Below the pieces are notes generated by a model. That model saw only the letters and a list, made by a program, of their open reading frames with translations, was not told the DNA's origin and searched no databases. Below are positions 1-12,740 of a stretch of DNA of 64,000 bases, piece by piece. The translations under genes were made by a program, and so were the position numbers. Position 1 is the stretch's first letter; every line of letters begins with the position of its first letter. This DNA is from Lama glama (Eukaryota): positions 19,098,001-19,162,000 of the forward strand of contig CM052817.1 of assembly GCA_028534125.1 (NCBI GenBank), in the 5' to 3' direction.

Positions 1-2349
1 CTGTGATAAGCAACACAGTAAAACCATACTGTATTTAGGACCTTAATTGTACCAAAGGCATAATGCATTTGATGGTTTATTAGTTGTTTGCTGAAACCAG
101 AGACTTGAGATAATTATCTATAGGAGGTTAAACACTGATAAAAATGTGAAGGAATAGACCAGAATGTGTGGTCTTGGAGGTTTCCATCAGACATACCTTG
201 CATGTAATCATTTATAGGGCAGAGAATGATATGGAGAAGAAAGAAAAGTGAAACTCCATGAGTTTAAACTTTCTTCATCTTTCAAATGAAGAAGTTGAAT
301 GTATGATTCTGGGATAATTTCTGTTTAAGTAGCTTCTTAATTTATGAGTCTGTGACAGAATCAATGATAAACTTCCCTTGACTGCACAGATAGAATTTTT
401 CCACATCTTACTTTAAAGACTGGCCTTGGTGGTCTTTAATTCAAGTGAAAGTTATCCTGGAGCCTAGGGCTTTAAATTCTTTCTTCATGTCTTTGCATCT
501 TCAAAACCTAGAACAAAAAAATAAGATGCATTTTATTTAGTGCAAGTTTAAAATATGGTGTATAATGGCTTATGTTATACTATACAATTCAAAAGGAAGA
601 ATTTTCCTCCTGCACTGGTAAAGCCATCCATATTGTAAATATCCAATTTTTTCTCAGCATCTGGTATGTCACAAACTTTTGGGGAGCGATCGAACATTTT
701 CCCACATACAAAATTGCTTTGCATTGAACTACCATGCTAAAAAGATCATGTAGACAGGGGCTTCTCTTGAGATAGGAGATCTGCAAAATGTCATCAGGGA
801 TTCCCTTTTTCATCAAGAGGTATGATTTGGCAGGTAGCTCATTAATTGGTCTTTCAAGAAATTATTGTCTTCAAGGCTGCCAGCTGATTGTGATGTTTCA
901 TTCTCAAATATGATGGGAATGTCTCAGCATTTGAAATTACCTGCCAACTCTCACATAATTCCATGGTCTCTGAAGCTGACATCTAAAGCAGTCTGGACAC
1001 AAACAGCTATTATTTTATGGAAACAGTACCCAAAAGCTTATCATTGTTTATTTTTAATAACTAGCAGAGATTACAAAAAATTCTACTTGCCTCTTAGGCA
1101 CATTATAAAAATAAATTAACTGTAGAATGGCACATTGTTCTCAGAAGTTAATTAAATTTGGGTTTGTGAAATTATTTTACTGTCTGCATACCACCATCTT
1201 CCACAATTTTCAAAGTTCTCAAACTTTTATTAATAAGTGCAAGCTTCTTTGAATCAAGTCTTTACTCCTATTTCATAGAATTTGGTCTATGAAACTATAA
1301 AAAATTTCACACTTCTGTGAGCATGCCACAAAAAAGTAGATATTTTTATGATGATTATGTTGAAAGTTATTTTTCTGTATGAAACATGATGTTGGAGCTA
1401 TAGCTTTATAAACTGCAATAAAGTTATCACAGGAGAATATTTATTATCAGTGCTTTTGGTCTTATTTCCTCTTAAGAAATCATTAGATAAGAGAAGAGCT
1501 ACTAAGATATGCATTTCACCTTTTTAAATGATGTATATTACTGATTTTAACAAGAATCACTTTATTAAGGCAGATGCAGATAATCCCATGAACAATAAAG
1601 ACTGAATATCCAGCAAAGAAGCCAAATGTTAGAGCTGAAAGTAAAGCTAGAAAAATACTTGTTCACCCCCTCATTTTAGAAACAAAGAAATTGAGACTAC
1701 CATTTTACCTCTCTAACTTTGAATAAAGAGGCAATGAAGGGGCATTAAACCTTCTGAAAAGATATTTTTATATGGTGGTGAATGAAAAGGTTGAGTTTTC
1801 ATTAAAAGATAAATGCAACAGCAGTTCGAAGACTGAGGACAGGAGCAGTTGCTTTAGAATTTTCAAATGCAGAATGAATAAAATAATGTCCATGTAAACA
1901 GGTCAAATATAAACTAAAAACACATTCTGACCCCCTGAAAAAAAAATACACGTAGTCATATAAAACTGAATTCTCACCCAGTTTCACAAGGTTCACATCC
2001 TCCCATTTCTGACCTCCTCAGTTCATACTTACTAATCTTCCATTATGTTATTGATTGCATTCTGCACAAGAATTCAAACAAAAATTTAATGCTAGTCTAA
2101 TGGAGCATGCTGTCTTGAAAGTAGCTTTATTCCACTATTGCAGACTGATTGATCTGAGTAACAAAGTGATGAAAGGGAGCCAAACAGTCTGAAAAGGGAT
2201 AAAACATGATAGCAAAACAAAAATATTCCAAGCCAGAGTGTAAGATCAGCAAAACTATAGATCAGTGGAGCACAACGGAGAACCCAGAAACTATCCAACA
2301 CATGAACATTTTATTTACGACGTGTGTCAGGCTTCCTGTTTAACTTCCC

Positions 2350-4780
2350 CCTCTGAGTAAACATTCGTTGAATTCTCTTCATTGAATACTTGTTCTTTTC
2401 CTAATGATATGTCACACCACTTGGCATCTGTCAGATTTCTGCGTATGTGTGGGTTTATTTCTGGTCTCTGTTCTGTTCCATTCATCAGTTTTTCTGTCTT
2501 TATACCTATAATATACTAGGCTACTTACTCTACTTTAAGAGGCAGTCTGGTAACTTGGTGATGCACCTCTTTTTTTTTTTTTATCTTTTCCAAGCTGTTT
2601 TAGTTATATGCTATTTCTTATAAAAATGTACCACTTTGTTAAATATCACAAAGATCTCCATTGGGATATTTCTTAGAGATGTTTTATTCATCACTAGGAT
2701 ATTCTATGATAAGTTTGGGAAAATGATATTGTATAATATTAAGCCTTCTAAACATGGGGTATTTCTCTATTTTCTTAGGTGTTCTTTAATGCCCTTTATT
2801 ACAGTTTTTTATTCATTGTAAAAAATTCTTGCATATTAGTTACTAAATTTATTCCCAAATAAAATACAGTTGTATTGCTATTGTAAGTTATGGCATATAG
2901 TCTGTTGTTCAAATATTTGTTGCTGATGTTTAGAAATAAAATTGGCTTTTTAAATCATATCCAGCGAGCCTTCTAATCTTCTCAATTATTTATAATAAAT
3001 TGTCTAGATATCTGTTGTGTTTCCATGTAGAAAGTCATTAATGACAAGTAATGACAGTTTTATTTTCCTCTTTCTCATTCTTACATATTTATTTAATTTT
3101 ATTTTCTTATTGGACTATATAAAGCCTCCAATGCAGAATGAATAAAAGAGAAAATAGAGGCTATTCTTCTCCATTTTAAAGGAAGTACTTCTACATTTAC
3201 CCATTTAAGTTGTGTCAGTATTTTAGGTTGGGTAGGTAATTCTCATCAAATTAAAACATTTCCTTTTTTTTTTTTTTCAGTCGAAAGTTAAGATGTTGTC
3301 TTCTTTGTGTGAGCAACTATTCTAGGTGCCTGAGATGATATATCAATAAAGAGAACAAGCTAAATTCCCTGTCTTCCTAAAACTTACGTTCCAGAGTGCC
3401 TAGTTCACAAATAATTTATGTTTGTTGGTTTGGTTTTGTTTTTCTTGCTTATGAATACATATTACATTTTATAAGGACCTTTTTCTGTATCTATTGAGAT
3501 GGTTGTATTTTTCTCCTTTAATCTCTTAATGGAGTTAATTACATTTAAAAGTATAATATTTAAACGTCCTTGCATACCTAAGAAAATCCCAGTATGATAA
3601 ATGTTAGCTTTTTAAAAATGTGGTGAAAATTCGACCTGCTAATACAGTGAGATCAAGAAAAGGACTCCAGTAGACCTGACGGAGTCCAGAAGGCTTTTCT
3701 TGCAACCTTTCAAAGCAGGCCCAGATTCCCGTGTACTACATGGTAGTTGTTTCACACTCAGGTGTGTGTGTGTGTGACAGTGTGTGTGTGCGTGTGTGCG
3801 CGCACGTGTGTACATCTGTGTATAATTGTTGTCGTTTAAAAATGACAAACTCTTGGACTCCCAAGATAATACCGAAGATTTCAGAATTTTCCTGGTTGAT
3901 TAAAGCCAATATTATTGGCCCAATCAAGAGTTCTTGAGCTGGGGAAACCTTAAACACACAAGGACCTAACTGATCCTCAAAATAAGACTTTGTGCCACTT
4001 CTCCAGCCGGCCGATCCCTTCTCTGCATTTTCTACCTCTACTTTGCTAAGATAGTTTTAACTTTTCTTTCATTTCAAACAGAGAGAGTTGACTGTAGGAT
4101 GGCAATAACTTACTAATTGCCTTATTTCCTAATTTGTGTTATTGGAAATTTTACTGAATTTTTTTGGGATGCATGCATCTATATTCATGGATCAAGTTAG
4201 CCTATAATTATCATTTCCCACACTCTTTCTAGTATTGGTCATCAAGGTTATATTAGCCCCACAGAATGAGATGCAAAGCATTCAGTCTTCCTGAAAAACA
4301 TCAAATTGATGTGAGTCTTGAAAATTTGGTAGAAATATGCGTTAAATCCAGGGCTTGTTGTTTTCTTTGTAGAAAGATGTTAAAATATGACTTCAATATG
4401 TTTAATAAATCTAGCAATATTATTCAGGCTCTCAGTTTCATCCTGAGTCAGATTAGATGTTAGCAAGTACAATTTTTTAATAACTATTTTTATCTTTTTG
4501 AATTCATTGCCATAAACTGTTAATAGAACTTTTTCAGTTATCCTTATAATGCCTGCTACACTGTAGTTATGGTATCTTTTTTATTTATAATGTTACTGAC
4601 TTGTGAATTCTTTTCGTGGTTGGTGTTTGTAGAGGTTTGTCCATTGTTTGGAAGTCTTGTGAAAAAAATCAACTTTTGCCTCAATTAATCCTTTCTGTGC
4701 TTTTAAATTTTATATTTTATTGATTTCTTACTTTAGTCTTTATTATTAGTCTTTACAATTTTTTTGTATTTATTTTATTT
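2350..4780 (-). mobile_element. Old L1 (L1M/L1ME-like) ORF2 fragment, degraded, interrupted by an L2-like piece (~3300-3400) and a non-L1 insert (~3645-4140)
   Basis: T-rich antisense L1 ORF2 motifs, e.g. tgtgtgggtttatttctggtctctgttctgttccatt, gcatctatattcatg, cagaatgag, tttggtagaa; no intact ORF. Confidence 0.75.
3762..3810. repeat. Imperfect (TG)n/(CG) microsatellite
   Basis: gtgtgtgtgtgtgtgacagtgtgtgtgtgcgtgtgtgcgcgcacgtgtg. Confidence 0.9.
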
Positions 4781-4789
4781 ACTTTATGC

Positions 4790-5200
4790 TGCCACCACCC
4801 TCCATTCTGTTCCACTGTGCAGAAATTTGAAATTATCTTTGACTCCTCCTCATGCCCCAATCTGTAGGCGTATTTTTGCCTCATAAATATCTCTCAGAAA
4901 TATTCTCTACTGTCTCTCATTCCAAAGGAACTCTATAAATGCTGATTCTTCACACTGACATCTCCTTTCCCCATTCATTCTGTTAACTTCTCTTCGATCT
5001 CTAAAGCGTCTCCTGGCATATAAACCATTTCTTCATAGCATTTATCACAGTTGTAGTCTCTCATTCTTTTGTGAATTATTTGATCAATACTCTCTCACTG
5101 GACTTAAATCTTCAGGGGAACAGGAACCCAGTCTATCTTGCTCACCAGTATCATCCTAGGTCTTGGTAATCAATAATTATATTTTAAATGAATAAATAAA
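4790..5200 (+). mobile_element. L2 LINE 3' fragment
   Basis: L2-like text (ttatctttgactcctcctc; gggaacaggaacccagtctatcttgctcacc) ending in a tgaataaataaa L2-type tail. Confidence 0.65.
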
Positions 5201-5799
5201 TCAAAACATAGGCAAATGAACTTGGCTACTGGATAAAATTATAAAGACTCAGGTTTTGGCTCTATAAAATACATTTTAATTCAGATAAATAAAAAAAATA
5301 CTGCATTTTGGAAGTAGTTTATCAGTCAGTTGGTAGAAATATTGCAGAGAAGTTTCCGGAACCAAATAAGAATTACACAAGTTTGTTTCATGATTATTCC
5401 AATTTGAGTACACTAGATTAGCATTAAGTGAAAAAAAAATTAATTCTAAAGGAAAATGAGATAGAAACATGTATGGATTTAGGAGTGGTTCAATTCACTC
5501 TATTCAGAGTATTTGATATGGCATGCATTTTGTCATCCTGTTGATAAAGTAATTTACTCACTTTTATATGTTGAGTGAAGTGCATAATCCCTTTATGCAG
5601 CCAATTAATTAAAAGAGTTATTTCATTTTCTTTCTGATTTAAGACTCTAATCATTAGGTAGATAACAAGTGATATACTGTTGACATGATCTGTACGGTTT
5701 TGTTTTTTCATTCTGAAAAAAAAAAATTACTGTTAGAAACACCAAAAGTGATACAGGCAGAGAACAAGACATACCCTACTAATGAAAACAGCAGAAGGT

Positions 5800-5852
5800 A
5801 TTTATTTTATTTTATTTTATTTTATTTTATTTTATTTTATTTTATTTTATTT
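5800..5852. repeat. (TTTTA)n pentanucleotide microsatellite
   Basis: About 10 tandem tttta units. Confidence 0.95.
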
Positions 5853-7399
5853 CTGTTATTAGTATGAGATTTATGCTTAAATCATTCTTCAGATGGTTGA
5901 AAAATGAAGTCAAGAAAAGAGTTAAGGTAGAGTATATAATGACCAGTGGGAGTGATGAATAATATTTAGAAAATCTCAAGATTATTGTTTTGATTTCATG
6001 TTTTAAGTCGCAGCCACTGGGAAGTCTTTAAAACTCTCACAGGCATCATGATCAAGTGAAATAAACTCCTGTGCTTTAAAATGTTGTGAATGAAATTGTT
6101 AGTCAGGTTGCTTCTCTAAGAAAAATCAATAAGCCGTTTTCATAATGTGGGTCAAGCTATTTCCACACTAGTGTTTGGAGAAAAAATGTGTTAACCTAAG
6201 GGAATATTCCCCCCCCCCTTTTTTTTCTTTTTTCTATTCTAAAAGCATTTGAAATAACATGTAATGGCTCTTCAAAGATCAATAAGCACTCTCTTCTATC
6301 AAATGTCTGTTCCTTGAACTAGGAAAATTAAAACAGGCCAACAGAGCAATACAATTTATTTATGAAAAAAGTAAAGGCTATAGTTCATATAATCAGATTA
6401 CATGCAAATTGTGAGCCAGTTGGCTCACTGAATAACCAGTGACACTTTTTTAGCAGCAGACAATGTGACTTTATTTGGTGAACATAACCCAAGCTTTCTT
6501 TCTAAGGTAGAAATTACTTTCTTTTTCAACAGGAGGAATTATCATTGTATTTTGGTCTCTAAGTCATGGATGAATCATGGTATCTCTGTAATTCCATTTA
6601 GTGAAACCATTTACTTTCCTAAAGTCCATGCCACAATTGTAATTCCATGAAACTAATTCCATGGGCCACTGCCCTCATTGAAAATATGATCTAGAGAGCA
6701 GGAGACATGTAAACAATTACAACAAGATTCTTTTTTGAAGGATGGAGAAGGACACTCAATAAAAGGTGAATGTTGTGAAGACAGAGTTGGAATCTGTATT
6801 GTGGGATAGCTTCGTAAGTGATGCGCTGAATGAGAAAATTAAGATAAAGTACAAAGGTGTCTTTTACAGTTTGAGTCTAAATTGTATCTGAGTTTTTCTT
6901 TATTTACTTCATTAATACTCCCAGAAAAATTAGAGCTAAACACCAAAATATATATATTAAATGATGTGAAAGTTTGACTTCTTCACTAAAATGTAAACTC
7001 AATGAGAAAATAGATCAGGAAATTATATTTCCTTCCATAACCTCAGTCCTCACACACATTTTTGACAAATAAATATTGAAAAAAGAATTAAGCTCAAGTA
7101 TCTAATATTTAACAGAAAAATTACTGATTAAAAAGCTGTAATCAACACAAGTATGTAATTGTGCTATTATAATTTTTGGTTCATTTATTTTCAAGTCACT
7201 CGTATGTTGTATTATTTTGTACATAATGTGTGACTCAGTAAATAAATCTAAAAATTATAGGAATATATAGATTCCCTTTCATGAAAAAAAAAGACCAAGA
7301 AAAGAAAACTCATGGATGAAGTCTATTACAGTTGCTTCAGTGTCATGTCCTCTGATGTAATGGTGATAAAAAACAAATTCCATTATGATAAATCTAATA

Positions 7400-7930
7400 A
7401 TAGTAGCTTACATTTTTGGAGTATTGCTATGAGTCTGGCATTGTTCTGAGAACCTTAGATCCATCATCTTAATTGAATAATCAAACAACAGTAATAATTT
7501 GGTAATATCATGATTCCCATGTTACAGATGAGAAAACTGAAATACAGATGACTTAATTAAATTATCAGTAGTCACTGGCTATTCCGTAACTGAACTAAGA
7601 CTTGAACACAGAGTGGCAGATTCCAAAGTATGTACTTTGCATTATTATATCATATAATTTTTCTAATTAAAGTAATGATAGTGATTATAATGATCATGAT
7701 GATAATAATGATAAGTAAATAACATTTATTGATCATTTATTTTTTGTAAGGCATCATGCAAAGTGCTATTTTTTGCATGCTTTGTCAAATTTGAAACTCA
7801 CAAAGATCATAAAATAGTATGTTAATCTTATTATCGTTAACTTTACTAGTAAAGGAGCTAAAGTGTCGTGTGCTCACATTTGCACCTTTAGTAAGTGCCA
7901 AAACCCATAAGTTTACTTTGGCTTGAGTTC
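7400..7930 (-). mobile_element. Two adjacent MIR SINE remnants
   Basis: MIR core in antisense (cccatgttacagatgagaaaactgaaatacaga) plus aacatttattga...ggcatcatgcaaagtgc. Confidence 0.65.
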
Positions 7931-8519
7931 ATGCTAACATAATTTTTAGTTAGTAAATATATGCTCCTGAGAAATTGAAATGATTCTTAAAACTGCACAA
8001 AAATACTGCACCTTATCCTGAAGTCCAGTTCTAAACTAAATAAATCTATCTTGGTAAAGATACTGTTTGCTATGAATAGCAAAACATAACTGTTTAAAAA
8101 AGGAATGCAGATAACACATTATAAGGTTGAGAATTCCACATTCCAGTTCCTTCCAATGTCTCATACTTTAACACACCACCTACATGCATACACACACATA
8201 GGCTGGTGAGTGCATCTCTGAATTAGTAACATATACGTGAAACACAGTTTAGTTTTCTATTCATTCCTACTAAAAGCAACAGTTCACTTACTCATATTTG
8301 TATATTTTCATTTAAGTTTTGATGGAGGGAGAAAAGCTCAATGTATAAAGTAGATTTTTAAAATGAAGGGACAGGACATAAAACCAAAGAACTCTGTGAT
8401 TATGAAAGATCGTTAAAAGTTTTCCCATTTTAACATCTCTGATATTTCACTGTCCATCTCCTTCAGTTTTTCACAAGTCAGTCTGCTCTCTTTTCAGAAG
8501 GTTTTGTAATTGTTACAGA

Positions 8520-8830
8520 TGCCTTCCCTATCATGCATTTAAGTCTTGATTCCTTAGCCTGCAGCCTTTGATATAATTCTTCCTCTTGGGATAATATAGA
8601 ATAAGATTATTCCCCTTTATATAAGTATCATCTTAAAACTAAGTTTTTCTTCTTGAACTAAACACTCCCAGTTTTTCAGCCATGGCATTGAGCTCTCACT
8701 TTTACTTCTCCTTAATTCTATGACTTTCCTTTTCTGGCCCCAGTGTGTAAATTCTACACTGTTGTCACACCTTTGGTGACTAATATACACTTAACAGTGA
8801 ATAATACTTCAAGCATGGCGCAGCTGAGCA
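8520..8830 (-). mobile_element. L3/CR1 LINE remnant
   Basis: Antisense CR1-like 3' ORF2 text (ttcttgaactaaacactcccagtttttcagc; acagtgaataatacttcaagcatgg). Confidence 0.45.
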
Positions 8831-9794
8831 GCAAGACATACGAAAGAGGGAAGAGCAGACAATAGATCCCCTGAATTATTCCATAAAACTACAATTCCCA
8901 GAGGGACCTTGTAGAAATGTCCACAGTTCATTACAGTTGCTCCATTATATGAGTATCTCTTTTTCGCCTTTAATCGAGGATGGCTGACTTGCCCCGACTG
9001 CGAAGGGAACATCATGTGAGTTTGAAACTTGGGTCTCAGTAGGCTTTATGTGCTTTCATTCTTGCTCTTTGAATAGTTGTCTAGAGCTCAGCTGAGCTGC
9101 AGAGAACTGAGCTAGCTGCCAGAAGTGGGACTAACCAATTAAGACAATAAGCCAAAACGAGAGGACAGTCAAGGCTTTCGTCACTTCCTGAAATAATCCG
9201 AGGAAGAGGCTAAACTCGAGAAAACTCTGACTGTTCTAGTTTCCCTAAAGGTCAAGGGCCAAGTGGATCAGCACAGATGTCAGAGATCATCTCAGCCCTG
9301 GAGCTCCAAACAAAACATTCTGGCAGTTTTATGGACCTGGGGCTGAAGGAAGGGAGAGGGGAGAAAGGATGAAAGTGTTAAGTACCGAGTCAAAGTGGAA
9401 AAAGTGTCTTCAAAGTGGTCCTTTCCTGTCTCCATCTAAATAGAGGTCTCAACAGAGACCTCTGCTGATGGCTCTGGATAAAGAGGCCTCTGAATGCAGG
9501 CACCAGGGCTAGAAATGCAGATACATTCAGGAGCAAGGTGGGACCTGTGTCCTTGAAGGCAGTTCCTTTCAGAGATTGCAATGCAGTGACTGCACACCAA
9601 GTCTGACCTGGGGACGGAAGCTTCTCCCTGGGCCTGTTAGGAGATGCCTGTGTAATTGCCTATGGTTGGGCCTGAAAAATCACACATAGAGTTTTGGCAG
9701 AAGCTGGGTTCCTCAGCCCTTGCCACTGATGGCATGTAAGAAAGTCTAAGATAGCCTAGCAAAGGATAAGGGACTGACCATGTTGAGCATACTG

Positions 9795-9999
9795 GCAGGA
9801 GACTAAACCAGTACCTGAGTGAGTGCAGCTGAAATCAGCTGAGCCTGACCCAGATCAACAGAACATTCTATCTAGCTAAACACAGTCCAATTTATCGACT
9901 TAAAGAAGGGTAATTTACATAAGCATTTGTAGTTTTAACCCATTTGGTTTGGGTTTGCTTTGCTTTGTTACACACACATACACAAAAGTTAACTGACAC
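9795..9999 (+). mobile_element. MaLR LTR 3' half (MLT1F/H-like); 9050-9790 may be associated internal sequence
   Basis: cagctgagcctgacccagatcaacagaac...ttgtagttttaaccc...tttgttacac...taactgacac matches the MLT1 3' end pattern. Confidence 0.6.
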
Positions 10000-10769
10000 T
10001 GACATTTACCAAAAATCTTGAAATATAATCCACTAATATGTCTAAAACCACCTAGTCATACTGTTATCCTATTTTCTTGGTTTTATATCTCCAAAGCTAT
10101 TTCAAAATCAGTGCTCCATGCCTGTCATATACTTTTTTCTTGGACTTCTATGGTCATTACTTTCTTCAACATCACTTTAGATACCTTCTTAATTTTGCTG
10201 TTTACTTCTTATATTTAACTGCTGCAACTTTTTCCACCATATTTTTGTCTCCATGTCCCAGGGAAAGAGATAAGCTAAATAGTAAAACATTCTACAGTAT
10301 CTGTTTCCATTTTACAGCATACCGGTCCAAATTTTCATAAATATGTAAATATTTTACACACTTGCATATCAAGGAATTTCAAGGATCAAATGGTAGCAGA
10401 AATATCAAGTCTTCTAAAAAAATAAAGTTCTCTTTCTTAGAATGAGAAAACTGAGGTCTAAAAAAGAAAAATGAGAAATCTTCAAAAATAGCAAATGGCA
10501 AAACTGTAACTTAAACTTTGACCTTCTGAACATGGTAATATCAGCACTCTTTCAGAACTTGCGATTGTGATGGCAGTACATTTTTGACGATAAGTTGTCA
10601 AGTGGCTCTACACTCTATCATGGTATGAGATAGCCATGATAGAAATGAGAAGGAATTCAGTAGAGATGAAAAGATCATACATGCCTCTATTGATTACCCA
10701 TTGTTACAAATTCACTTACTAGTGGTGAAAATTTGGAAGTGTGTCTAGATTAGTAATAGCTATAGACTG

Positions 10770-10960
10770 TCTGGGCTTAATCCTTGTTTTAAAACTCATT
10801 TTGAATATAATAATCTTCCTTCACTTTATTTATCTCCCTTCACTTTAGTTATTTTAATTTGTAAAGTGGAAGTGATACTAGTACCTGTTTCATAGGGTTG
10901 TTGTGATGATGAAATGAGATGATATATTTAGAGAGACGATGCTACAAGAAGTACTCAATT
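10770..10960 (+). mobile_element. MIR SINE
   Basis: tttgtaaagtggaagtgatactagtacctgtttcatagggttgttgtgatgatgaaatgagat MIR core/3' segment. Confidence 0.75.
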
Positions 10961-11084
10961 CATCCATCCTACTTCTGCTTTCACTATCCTGACTGGCTGT
11001 GAGGTGCCTGAGCACAAGGACTCCCCTTTGTTCAATTTTAAATCCCTGGGATCCTGTCAAATGTCACATGCACCTTATATCTTT

Positions 11085-11190
11085 GTGGAAGGAAGTAAAG
11101 AAAGGAAAGAGGGAAAGGAAGAAGGAAGGAGAGGTGGAAAATAAGGAGGGAAGGGAAGGATGGAACTGAAGGAGAAGGGGAGGGAAAAAA
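11085..11190. repeat. Purine-rich (GGAA-like) low-complexity tract
   Basis: ggaaggaagtaaagaaaggaaagagggaaaggaagaaggaagg... Confidence 0.85.
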
Positions 11191-11619
11191 AGAATTGTGT
11201 GTCCAGAGTGATTTTATGAGAAACATCAGCATGTTTCTTCAAGTGCTTAATGCCAGAGTTAGTAAAAATTGTAAACCATTGATGCAGTAATTGACGATAA
11301 AGAGAAAGAACTCTATATATCAGTAGACACCCATAATTGCTGTTAAATAATAATTTGGCATTATCAATGGGAGTAAGGAAGAGTAAACAGCACCCTCCTA
11401 GCTCTTTGATTTGGGACTAGGACTTAAAGCAGGACAGATTGGAGTGATTCACAAGAGAAGTGGGTAAGTCAGGGGAAAATACGTCCTTCATTCCTCCCAA
11501 CATTCTTACTTCACTAGCTCAGTTTACATCTCATGCCCAGTCATTGTAATTCCTTTTGCCTGCACAACAACTGTTCTCAGTTTTGACAGAGATTACTTCA
11601 CTAATTCTTTAAGACAATC

Positions 11620-12150
11620 CAATTTTGCTTTGGAGACTAGTTTTTTTTCTGTTTATTAATTTATCCTATTTATTATTATGTTCTTTCTCTTTCTTTCAAA
11701 ATAACTTGCTATTCTTTTAGTAATTTTTTGCAATGGATGATTAATGATTTTCAGTCTTCCTTCTCTTTAAATATGTGTATTTAAAGGTAAATGTTTTTTC
11801 TCTTCATGACCTTAATGCCTTTCCATGATTATAACACATTTTTATTCTCTTTCAGCTCAAAATACTTCCTAATTTCAATTGTGACTATGCCTCCAAAATG
11901 TAATCATTTGACTCATGGATTATTTGGGACCACATTACTTACTTTCCAAACATTTATCAAAGAATTTTCAAATTATATACTTATTCTCAATTTTTTTGTT
12001 AAATCTTCTGGTGTTCGAGATTATAGCCTAATGGTTTCAGTTTTTTTTGAAAATGTTTGAAACATGCTTATGAATCAGCATATGTGGATCTTTAAAATAT
12101 GCTATATGCATTTTAAAACAGTGTATTTTGGTAGTTATTAGGTATAGTCA
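11620..12150 (-). mobile_element. Old L1M ORF2 (endonuclease-proximal) fragment
   Basis: Antisense L1 text: ttcagctcaaaatacttcctaatttc, tttgactcatggattattt, gtgtattttggtagttattaggtatagt. Confidence 0.65.
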
Positions 12151-12419
12151 TTTAATAAAAATCCTCCTGCCAATCTAATAAGAAAGGTACTACTGCAGTA
12201 ATCCTGTTATTCACATCTTACAGGAGAGAAAAATAAAACAGAAAGGTTAAATATTTTGCCCAAATTCACATACCTTGTAAGCAGTGAGGCTCCCAGAGAA
12301 CGACATGCACAGTATGTCTCCTTAAATATAAACTGTGTTCTTTTATTTGTTATATAATAGTAATACAAATACTGCACTGAAGGATGAAGGACATGAAAAC
12401 CTTAAGGTTAGGTTATATG

Positions 12420-12740
12420 AAGACTTAGAGGTGAAATAATATGTAATCATGTGGAAAAAGAATTGTATTTGTCCTCCTGCGTGACGCCAAGGGGTACGTT
12501 AGGAGTAAAGAGGGAGGTTGCAAAGAAATAAAAGGAAATTACACTGAAATGAACTTCTAACATACAGAGCTCTCCAGAGAAAATAGACTTCTTTAAGAAT
12601 CATAAGACTCTCCTAACCTAAGGCTTTCAAATGAGCTGAAGGACCTCTAAGTACAGTGAAGAGATGAGAGTAATGGGGCTTATATGCCACATACATTTTA
12701 GCCACTATCAATAATATCTCCTGTAGTCAGGAGATTCTAT
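12420..12740 (+). mobile_element. L3/CR1 3' remnant
   Basis: catgtggaaaaagaatt...gaacttctaacatacagagctctcca...gagattctatga resembles the L3 3' end. Confidence 0.45.

Noticed and set aside
589..1119. ORFs and possible exons at the window start
   Set aside because: The frames I translated on both strands hit stops or gave unrecognisable peptides, and the splice sites are weak.
8960..9021. Mini-exon encoding WLTCPDCEGN (CxxC)
   Set aside because: The donor is good but the acceptor is a weak GAG, and no partner exons are recognisable.
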